From a virus: a DNA stretch of 64,000 nt. Each line of letters starts with the position of its first letter. The stretch's first letter is position 1. The DNA lies in the IMG/VR virus record IMGVR_UViG_3300034198_023063, positions 1 through 64,000 of that record; one strand, given 5' to 3'. Below are positions 29,701 through 37,368 of the stretch, piece by piece. The translations under genes and the position numbers were made by a program. The notes below the pieces were generated by a model. That model saw nothing but the letters and a program-made list of their open reading frames with translations, was not told the DNA's origin and made no database searches.

Positions 29701-30502
29701 TGGCCAAACATTTATTGGCGGAGCATCATCTTGGTATGAAGTAGATTGTCCAGATTACATAAAAGTACAAAAAATAACTAGAGAAATTCCATTAGGGTTT
29801 GAGGATTTTTACGAACCAGAAAAAGACTCTGATATAACAGATTCAACTGCAATAGTAGATTTAGATCAAAATATTCAATTACCAGATGACCCTCTTGCGC
29901 TGCTAAAATCTAATATTTTTAATTTTATTGGGCAAACTTTAGCTTCTTTTCCAGCAACTCAATCTTCTTTATGCTGGATTCCAGAAAATCAAAATGCTTT
30001 TTGGTTAGACTCTAATTTTATCAAAGATATATGGGAAGTAGAAGAAATAATCCCATCAGATACTAAGAAAATTACTTCAGGCACTCAAGAAGTTTCATTT
30101 GTTAAGTGCAAAATGAAGAAAATTGGCTCTAGATTTTTAATAAATAGCTTTTTCTTTAACTTTTATTCCGCGCTACAGAATAAGTTAAAAATGAGTGATG
30201 ATGGGCAAATAAGCATGGGATTTGACTATAATTTAAAGCCTAGTCAAAGAAAAAGATTAAATGATATAGGTAAATATGTTTACGAGCAGAATGATTATAT
30301 TTTCTCAAATAAAGAATTTTTATTAACTCCGATTTTAAAGGAATACTTGGTTCCAATAGATTCTAATTCTGCTAGTGTAATTAAAGATGCTGAAACCGAA
30401 GTGATAATAACAATAGAAAAATTAAAGAGTATGCCTGAATTAAGGATAGAAGATTATTCTTTTGATCCTACGGTAACTCTTTTGAATAGTAACAAGGCAT
30501 AA
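20705..30502 (+). CDS. Giant virion/tail-fibre-like protein with tandem degenerate beta-sandwich modules (3265 aa)
   Basis: Uninterrupted 9.8-kb ORF, N/S/Y/F-rich. About ten recurrences of (Y/F)(I/F/L)xNxS/T...L/IxxN modules between ~24700 and ~29230. Confidence 0.65.
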   Translation: MSALNDNKAFLSGVLTGESLNFDTSVFGLWVSIFQNVNYSENGYSYFQPLATDITAIDFPITGKRFSLFNFDGKYSDARFIISSGKKGDAEYDTTVPIADISNSFVSGFKPLIIMPNVDFTGSIYRRTEITGYRNSVIGNYQTLGLSGEDWQKTSIPVNVSDDVKEYAYFDTGYSGYSNEVATRYKFLYDDPSHSQRQNVSIFEIPIQYEAGSNFKYKISRKSDPFGEFYTPEITTDGKIIIDYSQYKDEVNKPVEAGLNYKFTTVSKFSFPQGVFEDLDDNQVVTRPINDSSITGLKLTRRKEGDDTYYDFYLSSTGVNNTGATYDGIYRITFNVDRYNTTNKTGIVGYVMTGIKTGDVSTNVLVNLGINSGVYPRVIDTQRYQTSDILNLANLEELIVNEESAQALASDTDFENETNLAKNLQDNIKKNVDFLNELLKDEPQNPTQNTTSDQVLRGQIDSLENSNLDSANQNQIIEKIALPKFTLPKQNVDKNYYNNYINSGEEYVAVPLANYTLQPSYVFYGDQYGQLGYYIEETEYSTYRIVVNSTSNGVYVSNTSVCKGDTAIYANMPYSEDVYFENGICTRIPEDGIIDKNNYATQDSWKNAVNYFYTKNYLSSVDVFPTSSDQDANLSISNAISKALQQIGSCTGDFLTENSNAKPILYLEREVYVEPYDKDQITLLNNTLNSGSFVSPSGELVRQQEEKLYCVQIFDTSFAKDNSSFFKAANDYEESLTFKSFAPYKDSAGKDIVSYGVGENFGTVYYNDQNKDEQDIYRLEYVTGQAFSYNKTSNFRAWNGLGSQTISISNQNDKNYGYHLYGYENADDVLTFVKSNILNGVDVSPTSFTNYVVLKFNKQGFTDSSYIFNDSNGTNYTAINTSVVDSSGALLSSSYVFFNIQKYSYLARAVTENNVWYTNKLIPINDDSYGAEDQFGLFAPRFFEDATQEAKSAAEQLFVFPNGPSTSKNYEGSPLVYDHLPSIPQGVLNNKLVITEERKNYNIINNDFILNFVLEGRLTKELGLNNVKNYKDSRRLKITRVRYNVYSKNLLIVGDAGFPYALALNTGWEYKLQYRKKGVGSAWKEMDSTSSFTNSKIANVSSFLNPYFYKFEDLITPNYLPTVGFLTNLPNFLDDSQYQFRIFKYEKFDSGSDSVDIIRKTNFLPIQVNWANDNKSSYFNIYQLDSGNNLKLIKTENQKSSSTFAIPSVKQQYFDLGLANFSKNGSGYYDIIVSGALPSTQVNTGLAGSVFIGNPTIGNSTADPSDQNDPSGPIIIDVINQTSNTSGYNSITGVTYAPLINFNNPESKNADFSINANYSGYYFISDGKNATLDNSLVNGFECYVANTGSSTNIYSNGSAYSLNNNKVAKVILPSVTTTDSIRALPSAQVSVDYTNNYVYIKENFNYNTGDFEASAGTKSSISTIINGSSSSVTLTYGTGTISIPANTSYKLQFDNGWDGSAFASQILQLNSYKNVDTQASYINSSGGLVNLNYDSLILNTQDYIDLPIYNFAKNKLSVNGLINLNADSFYLLSGNPAGTITATEKDYFDSIKIYLDGSEGENNIFVLKDDTDIDVSYFQFGNRKEYYFIKDNNIQRSLNIKIKNGTSEKLIPKGSPDFKLTVKKDTFSNITYEILFPSSDFTTLIGDELEQLIVIKSQNSHIIDLGYIEGSLKSNAFVYFVNSSNTNVDFQRDFKSVMTLSNGEIAKVTLEKYNLTARITKINEARNHFEFKIDPQIHLTEPSGVNILNLNFCGADVVLPPPSDFSAKETFIISKNRLAANKIDYKKIENTPSTAISSEGKFSQNSIVCKIYKNSSSSTYPAVDQSEISAGYYSPFRERNTPKDDVYEVFYIKDADLKSFSIKDYFERSAYYYGKVLLESEKEFSIYSYDENNSNTQNVEKKGVSFDFDFDLGEVIDGALTTKLVENDYQIINSNSEDDGVQTLDNFSVGQYCINFAYDSVALTGQSVSLIKNRGAFINENQGLRVFPIYNEDEFFIAENINQELRSSYTNYRKEDGVKLYTSFFYQLNNSTDIESVFLPYSTDKKYIIENLSSRAFDIKTLDSNSLVTTIKPNEKKTFSYSSTSWISSNYIDSVDGYLPTDSSPSVIKSENQNNEKDSAHPFISLFGTANSLDGIKGNIFESFCYDEAGTLKSSISLPNGEQSLTYNLIDCDEAKNNTTTSDGSSQYMFCYGRGGAKTISDTDFVLNDFYLFIKYGTSYIKNKQVGGKFLSRISSEGIDNPILTIIKRNHFDLLSLFISENGYATSLPRNLRSATPIPFYNELQTYYLPNLNITIQKTEEEVENPSLGSLWLGKKFVFINLVKVNSQAPNKIYNYTDETYTDLINTSGENSVAVFEVVYDGTNYLWKKQTLNVPKIQNVYVSLKNVKGLDSTSSSNVTDGREMVYLSNFRTFNVSIDSFADYKFNNFYLYNSCNYPLEILFNGSRSSLDANSPFVKVSYDGSFIPKEISYNHTTNFVETESIDIRITSNTDTDTTLIERIAYIYPSPVIGAYAKLNYRTYSTSAGITTYSDLSSALFVSSSNGWSKINLSDYLSDNYCDLNVSNLEKYSPDSRLFIYGSSVRNQYSQSFDTYTLRVVAPESRSTSFFIFNNTVNDLKIKFVTSNFTDFGGIGRLTINLAKNRISKVYKNSNGKLSFEVLEIHQRGRYYLSNKNKNINYINGSEIELFIDACVPSDLDSQPFEISNDNINCFLTLLPTSSEYTRIFYNLYQGANGNLVKNRDTKGDSVNNFSVVPFDTSQSLGWLSLNNSQDYQKDLITPFLDISVAGHYILTNYNYSVKITPSASDIFLVNNTSKNIKVQQGDSDYQLYRNTVLIVNSTSKRYLKKGKRKDAFYSVFNPKTLVNTQREISLVLGIERHQEILPIYDIDFVDVPSYLKLYSRYGQTQSVYLNFQDYYLGKDIPSDCPENMLAYEVGTGHETIYKFLFFDPSTNYYTLPGITEGEEYLVDFNEGLFFNLLLGQGGDKFGSVMYMGKKYYNGQTFIGGASSWYEVDCPDYIKVQKITREIPLGFEDFYEPEKDSDITDSTAIVDLDQNIQLPDDPLALLKSNIFNFIGQTLASFPATQSSLCWIPENQNAFWLDSNFIKDIWEVEEIIPSDTKKITSGTQEVSFVKCKMKKIGSRFLINSFFFNFYSALQNKLKMSDDGQISMGFDYNLKPSQRKRLNDIGKYVYEQNDYIFSNKEFLLTPILKEYLVPIDSNSASVIKDAETEVIITIEKLKSMPELRIEDYSFDPTVTLLNSNKA

Positions 30503-30503
30503 A

Positions 30504-33500
30504 ATGGCAAGTATTTCGCTGACGCCAACAAGAACGCCAACTAGGACAAGAACTCCTAGTATTACGCCTAGCGTAACACCGACTACTAGCGCAACGCCAA
30601 CGACTAGCGTTACTCCTAGCGTTACTCCAACAAACAGCGTAACGCCGACTACTAGCGTAACACCGACTACTAGCGTAACGCCAACGACTAGCGTTACTCC
30701 TAGCGTTACTCCAACCAACAGCGTAACGCCGACTACTAGCGTAACACCGACTACTAGCGTAACGCCAACGACTAGCGTAACGCCGACGGCTAGCGTTACT
30801 ATAACACCAAGCGCTACTCCTAGTACGACTCCAATACCAAGCATAACTCCATCAATTTCAGTTTCTGGAGCAAAACCAAATGATGATAAAATATTTTTAG
30901 TTAATATTTTTAATATTATTGGAGCATTAACAAGAAAGCCGATTGCAGATCAATTAATAAATATAGATACCTCTATAAAAACAGCTTACTCGAAAGACAT
31001 TGAAAATTTTGAGCAGTACGCTTCAATAAGTTTATTTAATAACAAAACAATAACTGATTTTTATAATAATGTAATAGTTAAGTCTTCATCAATCTTAGAT
31101 CCAAATGCTAAAAATGCTGTATTAGATAAGGACATTAAAGAAATAAGATCGGATTTAATAAATATTTATCTTTTCTCGACTTATAGAAATGTTAGTCAAA
31201 AAGACTGCATCTCTTTAAATGCTGATGGCACTATAAATTTCGAAGATTTAACTGTTCTATCAAAGATTTATAATATAAATTCTACATCTGTTGATGTATT
31301 GCAACTTGGAGATCCAAATTTATCTAGTTATACAAATCAACAAGAATCAGCAAAACCATATGCAGAAGTTAGAGAATGCGATGGAATTTTAGTTTCAAAA
31401 TCTTATGTAAATGTTGATGGTCTAATAAAACAGATTTATCCTTGGGACTATAGCAGCTCTAAATATTCCAGCGCAACAGATAAAATAGTAACTTCATTTT
31501 ATAAATGTAAGATTTATTTATTTGTAGTTAAGAATTACGAGCCGCAAAGCGCGACTTTCTCATACACAACATATCCTTTAGTGTTTAAATACTCTTCAAT
31601 AGAGTACGAATACGCACAAGATTTTGATGATGTAACAGAAATTCAAACTGCCCAAAATATACAAGTAAATAAAATCTTCTATCCTTATTCTTTATTAATA
31701 AATAATAATATGGTGAAAAAAGGAAGCTTGATGGGCGCGGCTTTGCCAAAATCTTTCTTAAACTTCCCTAAGATTTGCATAAATGATGACGGATACTTCA
31801 ATGGGGATATGTCCGCTTTATCTTTGCCGCAAAATACAATGGCTTGTGATTTAGGCGGAAATTTAATGCTGCAATATAATAGTGGGCAAGTGTTAAAATT
31901 AGCAGATGCTCAATTATGTGGCGACCAAACAAGAAACGCATTTATTAAGGTTAATAACGTTCTTTCTCAGTCTTCTCCCATTTACAAAAATCTTCCAGTT
32001 GTATCTGGGGCGATAGATATATATGCTGACAATTTTTCATATTTATATTATATTAAAAAGGACTCTTCTTTAGAACTAATCACTGGAGATGCATCTATAA
32101 AAAATCAAACCCAGTTATATTCTGGGCTGCCTTTAAATACAGACAATTATTTTGCTTATTCTTATAATGAAAAATACAAAGATTCAGCTTTTATATTTTC
32201 GTACGCTTTTAGAGCAGTGAGCGGAACTAGTTCTACTGATTTCTATTTAGATGTGAAGCCAGAGGTAAAGAGGCCAAGATTAAGATTGCAAAATATAAAT
32301 TCACTTAATAAAGTCGCTGTTATTTCAGATTTTGCTACTGGACTAATATATTCATTTAATGACGAAGCTGCAATCTCAACAGGAATTGTTGATTCTGGTA
32401 ATGGAATAAATCAAATATCTTTTATTCCAACATCTGGAAAATATGGAACACTACACATAGAAGCTAGAAATTATTTTTATGACTTTGATGACGGAAGCAG
32501 AAGTTTGTACTCTACGTCAGATTCGATTCAAGTAGGTAATTCTCCTGTGATATCTGATTTTAGATTAGAGTTGCTAAGAAATGGAACGCTTACAAATTTT
32601 TATGATTCTAATCAAAATTCTATACCTGCAATATCTGGAGCAGTATTTGACCAACAAACTTTTGATAACTATAGATATTATAATCCATACACTAATAACA
32701 ATCCTATACAATTTAAGTTATCTTACAATTATAATTACCAGATCGGTTTAAGAGTTGGAAACTCGGATATAAGAATGATCCCAAGCGGATCAAGCGCTAC
32801 GTTCAGTAAACAGGACTTCTTCTCTTTATTGTCTAATGATGGATCTATTAATATAACTTCAATATTACAAGATGGGACAGAATTTGTAGCTCCATTTATT
32901 TTTAAAGATAGCTACAATATGAATCCAGCTTTATCTAATCTTACAATAAATAAAGTTACAATGTATAACGCCGAAGAAACAGATTTGACTTTTAGCTTCG
33001 ACTATCAATATACAGAAATGATTAGATATGAAATATTAAATCAAGATGGCGTTGTAATTTATTCTGCGCCGTTCAAGACGAAATTCTCTTCTAGCGTAAT
33101 TTCATATTCCATAAAAACTGACATCATTCCAATAGAAAATGTAGATAGTTTAACCGTAAGAGTTACGCTAAAAAATACAACTGACTCATCTGGAAATGAA
33201 TTATATAATACAGCGATTTCAAGTTCTAGTTCTTATATCTTGCCATTAAGGTTGCCAAGATTAAATGCTTCTTCGATAAGGTTCTTTTCCGACGCAGCCT
33301 TATCGAATGAAATATCCACAATGAGAAAAAATCAAACTATTTATGTTAAATTACAATTATTTGATAAAAATGGTATAGAAATAAATGAAAACGATTACTA
33401 TAAATATATAAATACAGATCCTAATTCTTTGCAATTCATATTCTCAAATCCAGAGAATTTAAATGACTATCAGAGAGGTGTAATTTTTAATAAGATATCT

Positions 33501-33602
33501 AATTATGTTTATTCATTATTTATTTCCCCAGACACAAGTTTTGCAAAAAATACATCTTTAGTAAGCGTAAAATACACACCAATATACGAATATAAAAATT
33601 AA
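30504..33602 (+). CDS. Virion protein with N-terminal mucin-like Thr/Ser/Pro repeat (1032 aa)
   Basis: The first ~120 aa are (S)VTPTT repeats, followed by a beta-rich globular region. Confidence 0.7.
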   Translation: MASISLTPTRTPTRTRTPSITPSVTPTTSATPTTSVTPSVTPTNSVTPTTSVTPTTSVTPTTSVTPSVTPTNSVTPTTSVTPTTSVTPTTSVTPTASVTITPSATPSTTPIPSITPSISVSGAKPNDDKIFLVNIFNIIGALTRKPIADQLINIDTSIKTAYSKDIENFEQYASISLFNNKTITDFYNNVIVKSSSILDPNAKNAVLDKDIKEIRSDLINIYLFSTYRNVSQKDCISLNADGTINFEDLTVLSKIYNINSTSVDVLQLGDPNLSSYTNQQESAKPYAEVRECDGILVSKSYVNVDGLIKQIYPWDYSSSKYSSATDKIVTSFYKCKIYLFVVKNYEPQSATFSYTTYPLVFKYSSIEYEYAQDFDDVTEIQTAQNIQVNKIFYPYSLLINNNMVKKGSLMGAALPKSFLNFPKICINDDGYFNGDMSALSLPQNTMACDLGGNLMLQYNSGQVLKLADAQLCGDQTRNAFIKVNNVLSQSSPIYKNLPVVSGAIDIYADNFSYLYYIKKDSSLELITGDASIKNQTQLYSGLPLNTDNYFAYSYNEKYKDSAFIFSYAFRAVSGTSSTDFYLDVKPEVKRPRLRLQNINSLNKVAVISDFATGLIYSFNDEAAISTGIVDSGNGINQISFIPTSGKYGTLHIEARNYFYDFDDGSRSLYSTSDSIQVGNSPVISDFRLELLRNGTLTNFYDSNQNSIPAISGAVFDQQTFDNYRYYNPYTNNNPIQFKLSYNYNYQIGLRVGNSDIRMIPSGSSATFSKQDFFSLLSNDGSINITSILQDGTEFVAPFIFKDSYNMNPALSNLTINKVTMYNAEETDLTFSFDYQYTEMIRYEILNQDGVVIYSAPFKTKFSSSVISYSIKTDIIPIENVDSLTVRVTLKNTTDSSGNELYNTAISSSSSYILPLRLPRLNASSIRFFSDAALSNEISTMRKNQTIYVKLQLFDKNGIEINENDYYKYINTDPNSLQFIFSNPENLNDYQRGVIFNKISNYVYSLFISPDTSFAKNTSLVSVKYTPIYEYKN
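30519..30860 (+). repeat. Coding tandem repeat: 18-bp SVTPTT units organised into an 84-bp (28-aa) higher-order unit, ~2.5 copies
   Basis: 84-bp units start at 30570, 30654 and 30738. Copies 1 and 2 differ at two positions (gca/gta, aca/acc). Confidence 0.9.
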
Positions 33603-33607
33603 ATCAT

Positions 33608-36600
33608 ATGCCAATACAAGAAGATGGAATCATTGAAATATCGGATGGCGTAGATCAAGACCCCTTAAGCCCTCCAACAGTAAAAGATCTTTTCATTAAG
33701 ATTGAAGATACTAGAGTTATAAATAATCTTAACAATATAATTGTTGATTCTGTTTATGTTAATTGGAGTGTGGAAAACGCGTCTTCAATAGAATTAAAAA
33801 TTCAAAAAGTAAATAGTTCGATGGTTGTTTTTGGCGATGAGGAAGTTATAGATGTATCTTTTTTTAATCAAAGAGATGGATATTTATTAGTTTTAGATAA
33901 AGATTTTGGATTAAAAATTACTATTGCTGCAAAAAATCCAAATACTGAGCCAAGTCAAGATTCAAGATCTATAATAATAAAAAAAGCCTCTTCTAATTCT
34001 ATCCCATCGGATTCTATAGTTAATCAAGAAAATGGTTTTTTTATAGAAAAAGCTGGAAGCGATTATGATTTTAATGCTGTAAAACTTACTTTGCTTTTAG
34101 ATAAAAAAGGAGGAGTATTTAGTTTTCCGGAAGATGGAGCTTCTTTAGATATATTTTTAAACTATACTTCTAATAGAAATAGATCTTGGACACCGATTGC
34201 TTTGAGTGGTGGATCTACAAAGGAGATAAAAGACGCTGGCGATAATATAATAAATTATAAATTTATATTTGGATCTAATGGTTCAATAAAAATAAATCCG
34301 CCTCAGAATGGGGGTACTATATTCTTTTATTGTAGGTTAGTTACAAAAAGTGCAGATGGGCAGGCAAATGAGTATAGAACAAAAGAAGAATTTTTGTTTT
34401 TTGACACAGTTGAGTTACAAACAAATCAAGCGAATGTAGTTTTAGATTCATCTTCATCAAAACCCGCAAAATTAAAATATGAAATCAAAACAACGATTTC
34501 AGAAATGTATGCGTTAGCAGAAAATATAGTAGGAAAAAATGGAGAAAAAATAAAAAATAATTTTATTCATTATTTTTTAGATTCTAAAAAATTTAAAGGA
34601 AAAAACTATTCAGATTCGTCTTTTGTTTATTATGTGGACGGTTCTTTAAGGTCTAGTTTTATATATGAAGCTTCTCCTAAAAATGGAACGAATACTCAAG
34701 GATATTTTTATCCAGCTTGTGTGTCTGAAATTTTACCATGTATAAATATTGTTTTAGATGCAAATGGAAAAAATAATTGCGTTACTTTATTTTGGAAAAT
34801 AATTGATGATTTTTATGATTATACTTTTTTCAATGGAAACATAAATATAAAAACAAATGAGTTAAAAATCTCAGTTGAATATTTAGATGCTGGAGTTTAT
34901 AAAGAGATTTTATCTGACGTATTATTAAGTTATGGAGCAGATAAAAATTATGATCCTGTAGAAAATAAATTTTTTATTAAAATCAGCAAAGACAATAGAG
35001 AATTAAAGAATGCGTCTTTATTTTTTAATATTTCAGAATTGGATAACCAAAATAAAAATTTAAGAATCGTTGTAAAATCACATAAGGTTACAGTGTCTAC
35101 TCCATTTTTAGGTACTTTTGATTATTCTTATAATAAGTTATTAATAACTCCAGAATGGACTCATCTTTTATATGATCAATTTATACCAAGTTCCAGCAGG
35201 GATTCTTTGGATAAAAAGTTTAGTATTAATTTAGATAGTCCTATTTTAAGAGGAATAGTATTACCAGATAAAGCATTCAAAATTTTTGATATTTTAAAAG
35301 GAATTAGTTATGGCAGTGGAATATCAGGAGATCCATTTGTAATTAAACAAGATTACAAAATACTATATAAATTATTTACGGAAGTAAATGCTTTCTACTT
35401 AGATCCGATTAGAGAGGGAACAATAACTTATATAGATTTACCAAATAAATCTGATTCTGTATTTTTAATACCGCCATCATTAACTATTCCACCACCAAAT
35501 CTAGATCAAATAAATGGAATACAGGCTAAAGCAGAAGTTGTATTAAATGAATATGGAAAAATAGGAGGAATAAAAATAATAGATCCGGGGAGTGGGTATT
35601 CATTTTTTAAAGATTCTCAAGCTAAAAGAGAGCAAACTTTCATAGATTTAATTCCAGTAATAAAATCAACATATCAAATAGTATCTTCTAATTTAAATGT
35701 TAACAAGCAAACTTTAACTCTTGTAAATAATTCATTTTCTAGATTAAAAGCTAGTATTGATGGTGGGACTCTCTTGTCTCAAGCAGCTACTTCTTCGAGA
35801 GTACTGGATTCCGAACAGCAAGCAATATTAGAAGACTATAAGCAAAGAAATAATTTTAAAGATGATTCTAATATAGAGGAAAGTCGAGATTCTATTGGAT
35901 ACAACAACACAAGGACGGTAATAAAAAATAATGTCTCGATACAAATTCTTGATCCTGAGTGGTACGCAATATCATCATTATATGGAGAAAAATATAATAA
36001 TCCATTAGAAAATTTATCTATTTATAATCAAGATACAGATCCAGCCGCAGAGTCAATAGATCCTTCTAGTTTGTCTCCAAATGTACAAAACGCTTCCGTC
36101 GCAATAGAAAATCCAGAAGGTCAGACCGTTGTGCAAAATAATACACAAATACCGGGAACATCAACAACTTCGGAAACTTTTGCTTTAAATTATTTAACTA
36201 TTTATACAGATTCTAGCCCCTCGATTTCTTTAATAAATAACGATAGCGCTCCTCCTTGGCTTACGCTCTTACCGAAAGAATATAGAAGCGATGGTTCACC
36301 TGCTTATGGAACTTTAGCGAATATGTTGCCAAGAGCTTATAATTTATACAATAGATTATCAGTGGGAATTAATAATCTAAATGAAGTGAGAGTTATGATT
36401 CCGATGATTTGGGCTGTTGATTTTACTACCTCTTCAAAAGATTATTATTTACCAATAGATCAAACGGAAGATGAGAATAAGATAATAGAATGGAGTCAAG
36501 ATGGGACGAGAAAAACCTTTCAACAAACTTATAGCTATTATCAACCAATAAACTCTTCAATAGGAGTTTCAGCGTCAAGAAGTGTTGGTAAAGTTTGGTA

Positions 36601-37108
36601 TACAAATCTGGATAGGATAGATAGAGGTTTGGAAAACTCTAGTGCTAGCGAATTTAAAATCTCTTCAGAATATGGAAGTTCAGCGTCTTTTGCTCCATTT
36701 GTGCATCCTTGGATGGAAAAAGCATTTCCAGAATTTTATTTAAGATCTTATAAGAGAAAGTTTTTAGGAATAGTGACTGAGCAGTCTTATTCGTGTTCGA
36801 GCTACACTCCTTATCAAGAAAATGGCATTTCTTATATATCTTGCGCTGGTGTATGGGGAGATCCATACGCAAAGGCAACGTCAGCTTCAAGTATCCCAGT
36901 TGATATTGGAACCACAAATACTCGTTTTGAGTTTTTTGGAAATGGAACAATATCAGCGTCACCAGATGGAACAGCCAGAGCTTTATCGGTACACAACGGA
37001 GCAAAAAATGGAAGAAGAATATTTTGCTCGGAAAGTTGTGGGACACAACACTATAAAACAATAGATTTTAAATATACAAATATGTATCCGGGAACAGTAA
37101 GAATATGA
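33608..37108 (+). CDS. Large virion structural protein (1166 aa)
   Basis: Contains the AKAEVVLNEYGKIGGIKIIDPGSGYS motif shared with phage baseplate proteins. Located in the structural operon. Confidence 0.6.
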   Translation: MPIQEDGIIEISDGVDQDPLSPPTVKDLFIKIEDTRVINNLNNIIVDSVYVNWSVENASSIELKIQKVNSSMVVFGDEEVIDVSFFNQRDGYLLVLDKDFGLKITIAAKNPNTEPSQDSRSIIIKKASSNSIPSDSIVNQENGFFIEKAGSDYDFNAVKLTLLLDKKGGVFSFPEDGASLDIFLNYTSNRNRSWTPIALSGGSTKEIKDAGDNIINYKFIFGSNGSIKINPPQNGGTIFFYCRLVTKSADGQANEYRTKEEFLFFDTVELQTNQANVVLDSSSSKPAKLKYEIKTTISEMYALAENIVGKNGEKIKNNFIHYFLDSKKFKGKNYSDSSFVYYVDGSLRSSFIYEASPKNGTNTQGYFYPACVSEILPCINIVLDANGKNNCVTLFWKIIDDFYDYTFFNGNINIKTNELKISVEYLDAGVYKEILSDVLLSYGADKNYDPVENKFFIKISKDNRELKNASLFFNISELDNQNKNLRIVVKSHKVTVSTPFLGTFDYSYNKLLITPEWTHLLYDQFIPSSSRDSLDKKFSINLDSPILRGIVLPDKAFKIFDILKGISYGSGISGDPFVIKQDYKILYKLFTEVNAFYLDPIREGTITYIDLPNKSDSVFLIPPSLTIPPPNLDQINGIQAKAEVVLNEYGKIGGIKIIDPGSGYSFFKDSQAKREQTFIDLIPVIKSTYQIVSSNLNVNKQTLTLVNNSFSRLKASIDGGTLLSQAATSSRVLDSEQQAILEDYKQRNNFKDDSNIEESRDSIGYNNTRTVIKNNVSIQILDPEWYAISSLYGEKYNNPLENLSIYNQDTDPAAESIDPSSLSPNVQNASVAIENPEGQTVVQNNTQIPGTSTTSETFALNYLTIYTDSSPSISLINNDSAPPWLTLLPKEYRSDGSPAYGTLANMLPRAYNLYNRLSVGINNLNEVRVMIPMIWAVDFTTSSKDYYLPIDQTEDENKIIEWSQDGTRKTFQQTYSYYQPINSSIGVSASRSVGKVWYTNLDRIDRGLENSSASEFKISSEYGSSASFAPFVHPWMEKAFPEFYLRSYKRKFLGIVTEQSYSCSSYTPYQENGISYISCAGVWGDPYAKATSASSIPVDIGTTNTRFEFFGNGTISASPDGTARALSVHNGAKNGRRIFCSESCGTQHYKTIDFKYTNMYPGTVRI

Positions 37109-37368
37109 TATCTGAATCTTTTAAAAATTTACTAAAAGAAGGGCTAAAAATTCAAAACGGAATGATAAAAACAACGCAAAGAGCTTCTTCAGCAATAATA
37201 AATAATGGAAAGCTTGTCTCTACAAAAGATGAAGCTAAAGCTAGGCTTGATATATGCAATAAATGCCCCAACCTTTCGAAAAAGGGGGGCAGATGCGAAC
37301 TTTGTGGATGTTTCGTGGTAGCTAAAGTAAAGCTTGACTTTGAAACTTGCCCAGCCGGTAAATGGTAA
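37105..37368 (+). CDS. Small Cys-rich metal-binding protein (DUF6171-like, 87 aa)
   Basis: RLDICNKC...RCELCGCFVVAK...CPAGKW pattern; ATGA overlap with the upstream gene. Confidence 0.65.
   Translation: MISESFKNLLKEGLKIQNGMIKTTQRASSAIINNGKLVSTKDEAKARLDICNKCPNLSKKGGRCELCGCFVVAKVKLDFETCPAGKW

Noticed and set aside
30440-30844. 134-aa hydrophobic minus-strand ORF (VGVTLV repeats)
   Set aside because: Antisense shadow of the SVTPTT coding repeat, lying opposite two genuine + strand genes.
30519-30860. Possible CRISPR array, given the Cas4-like gene
   Set aside because: Units are contiguous in-frame 12/18-bp coding repeats with no unique spacers, and no cas1/cas2 is present.
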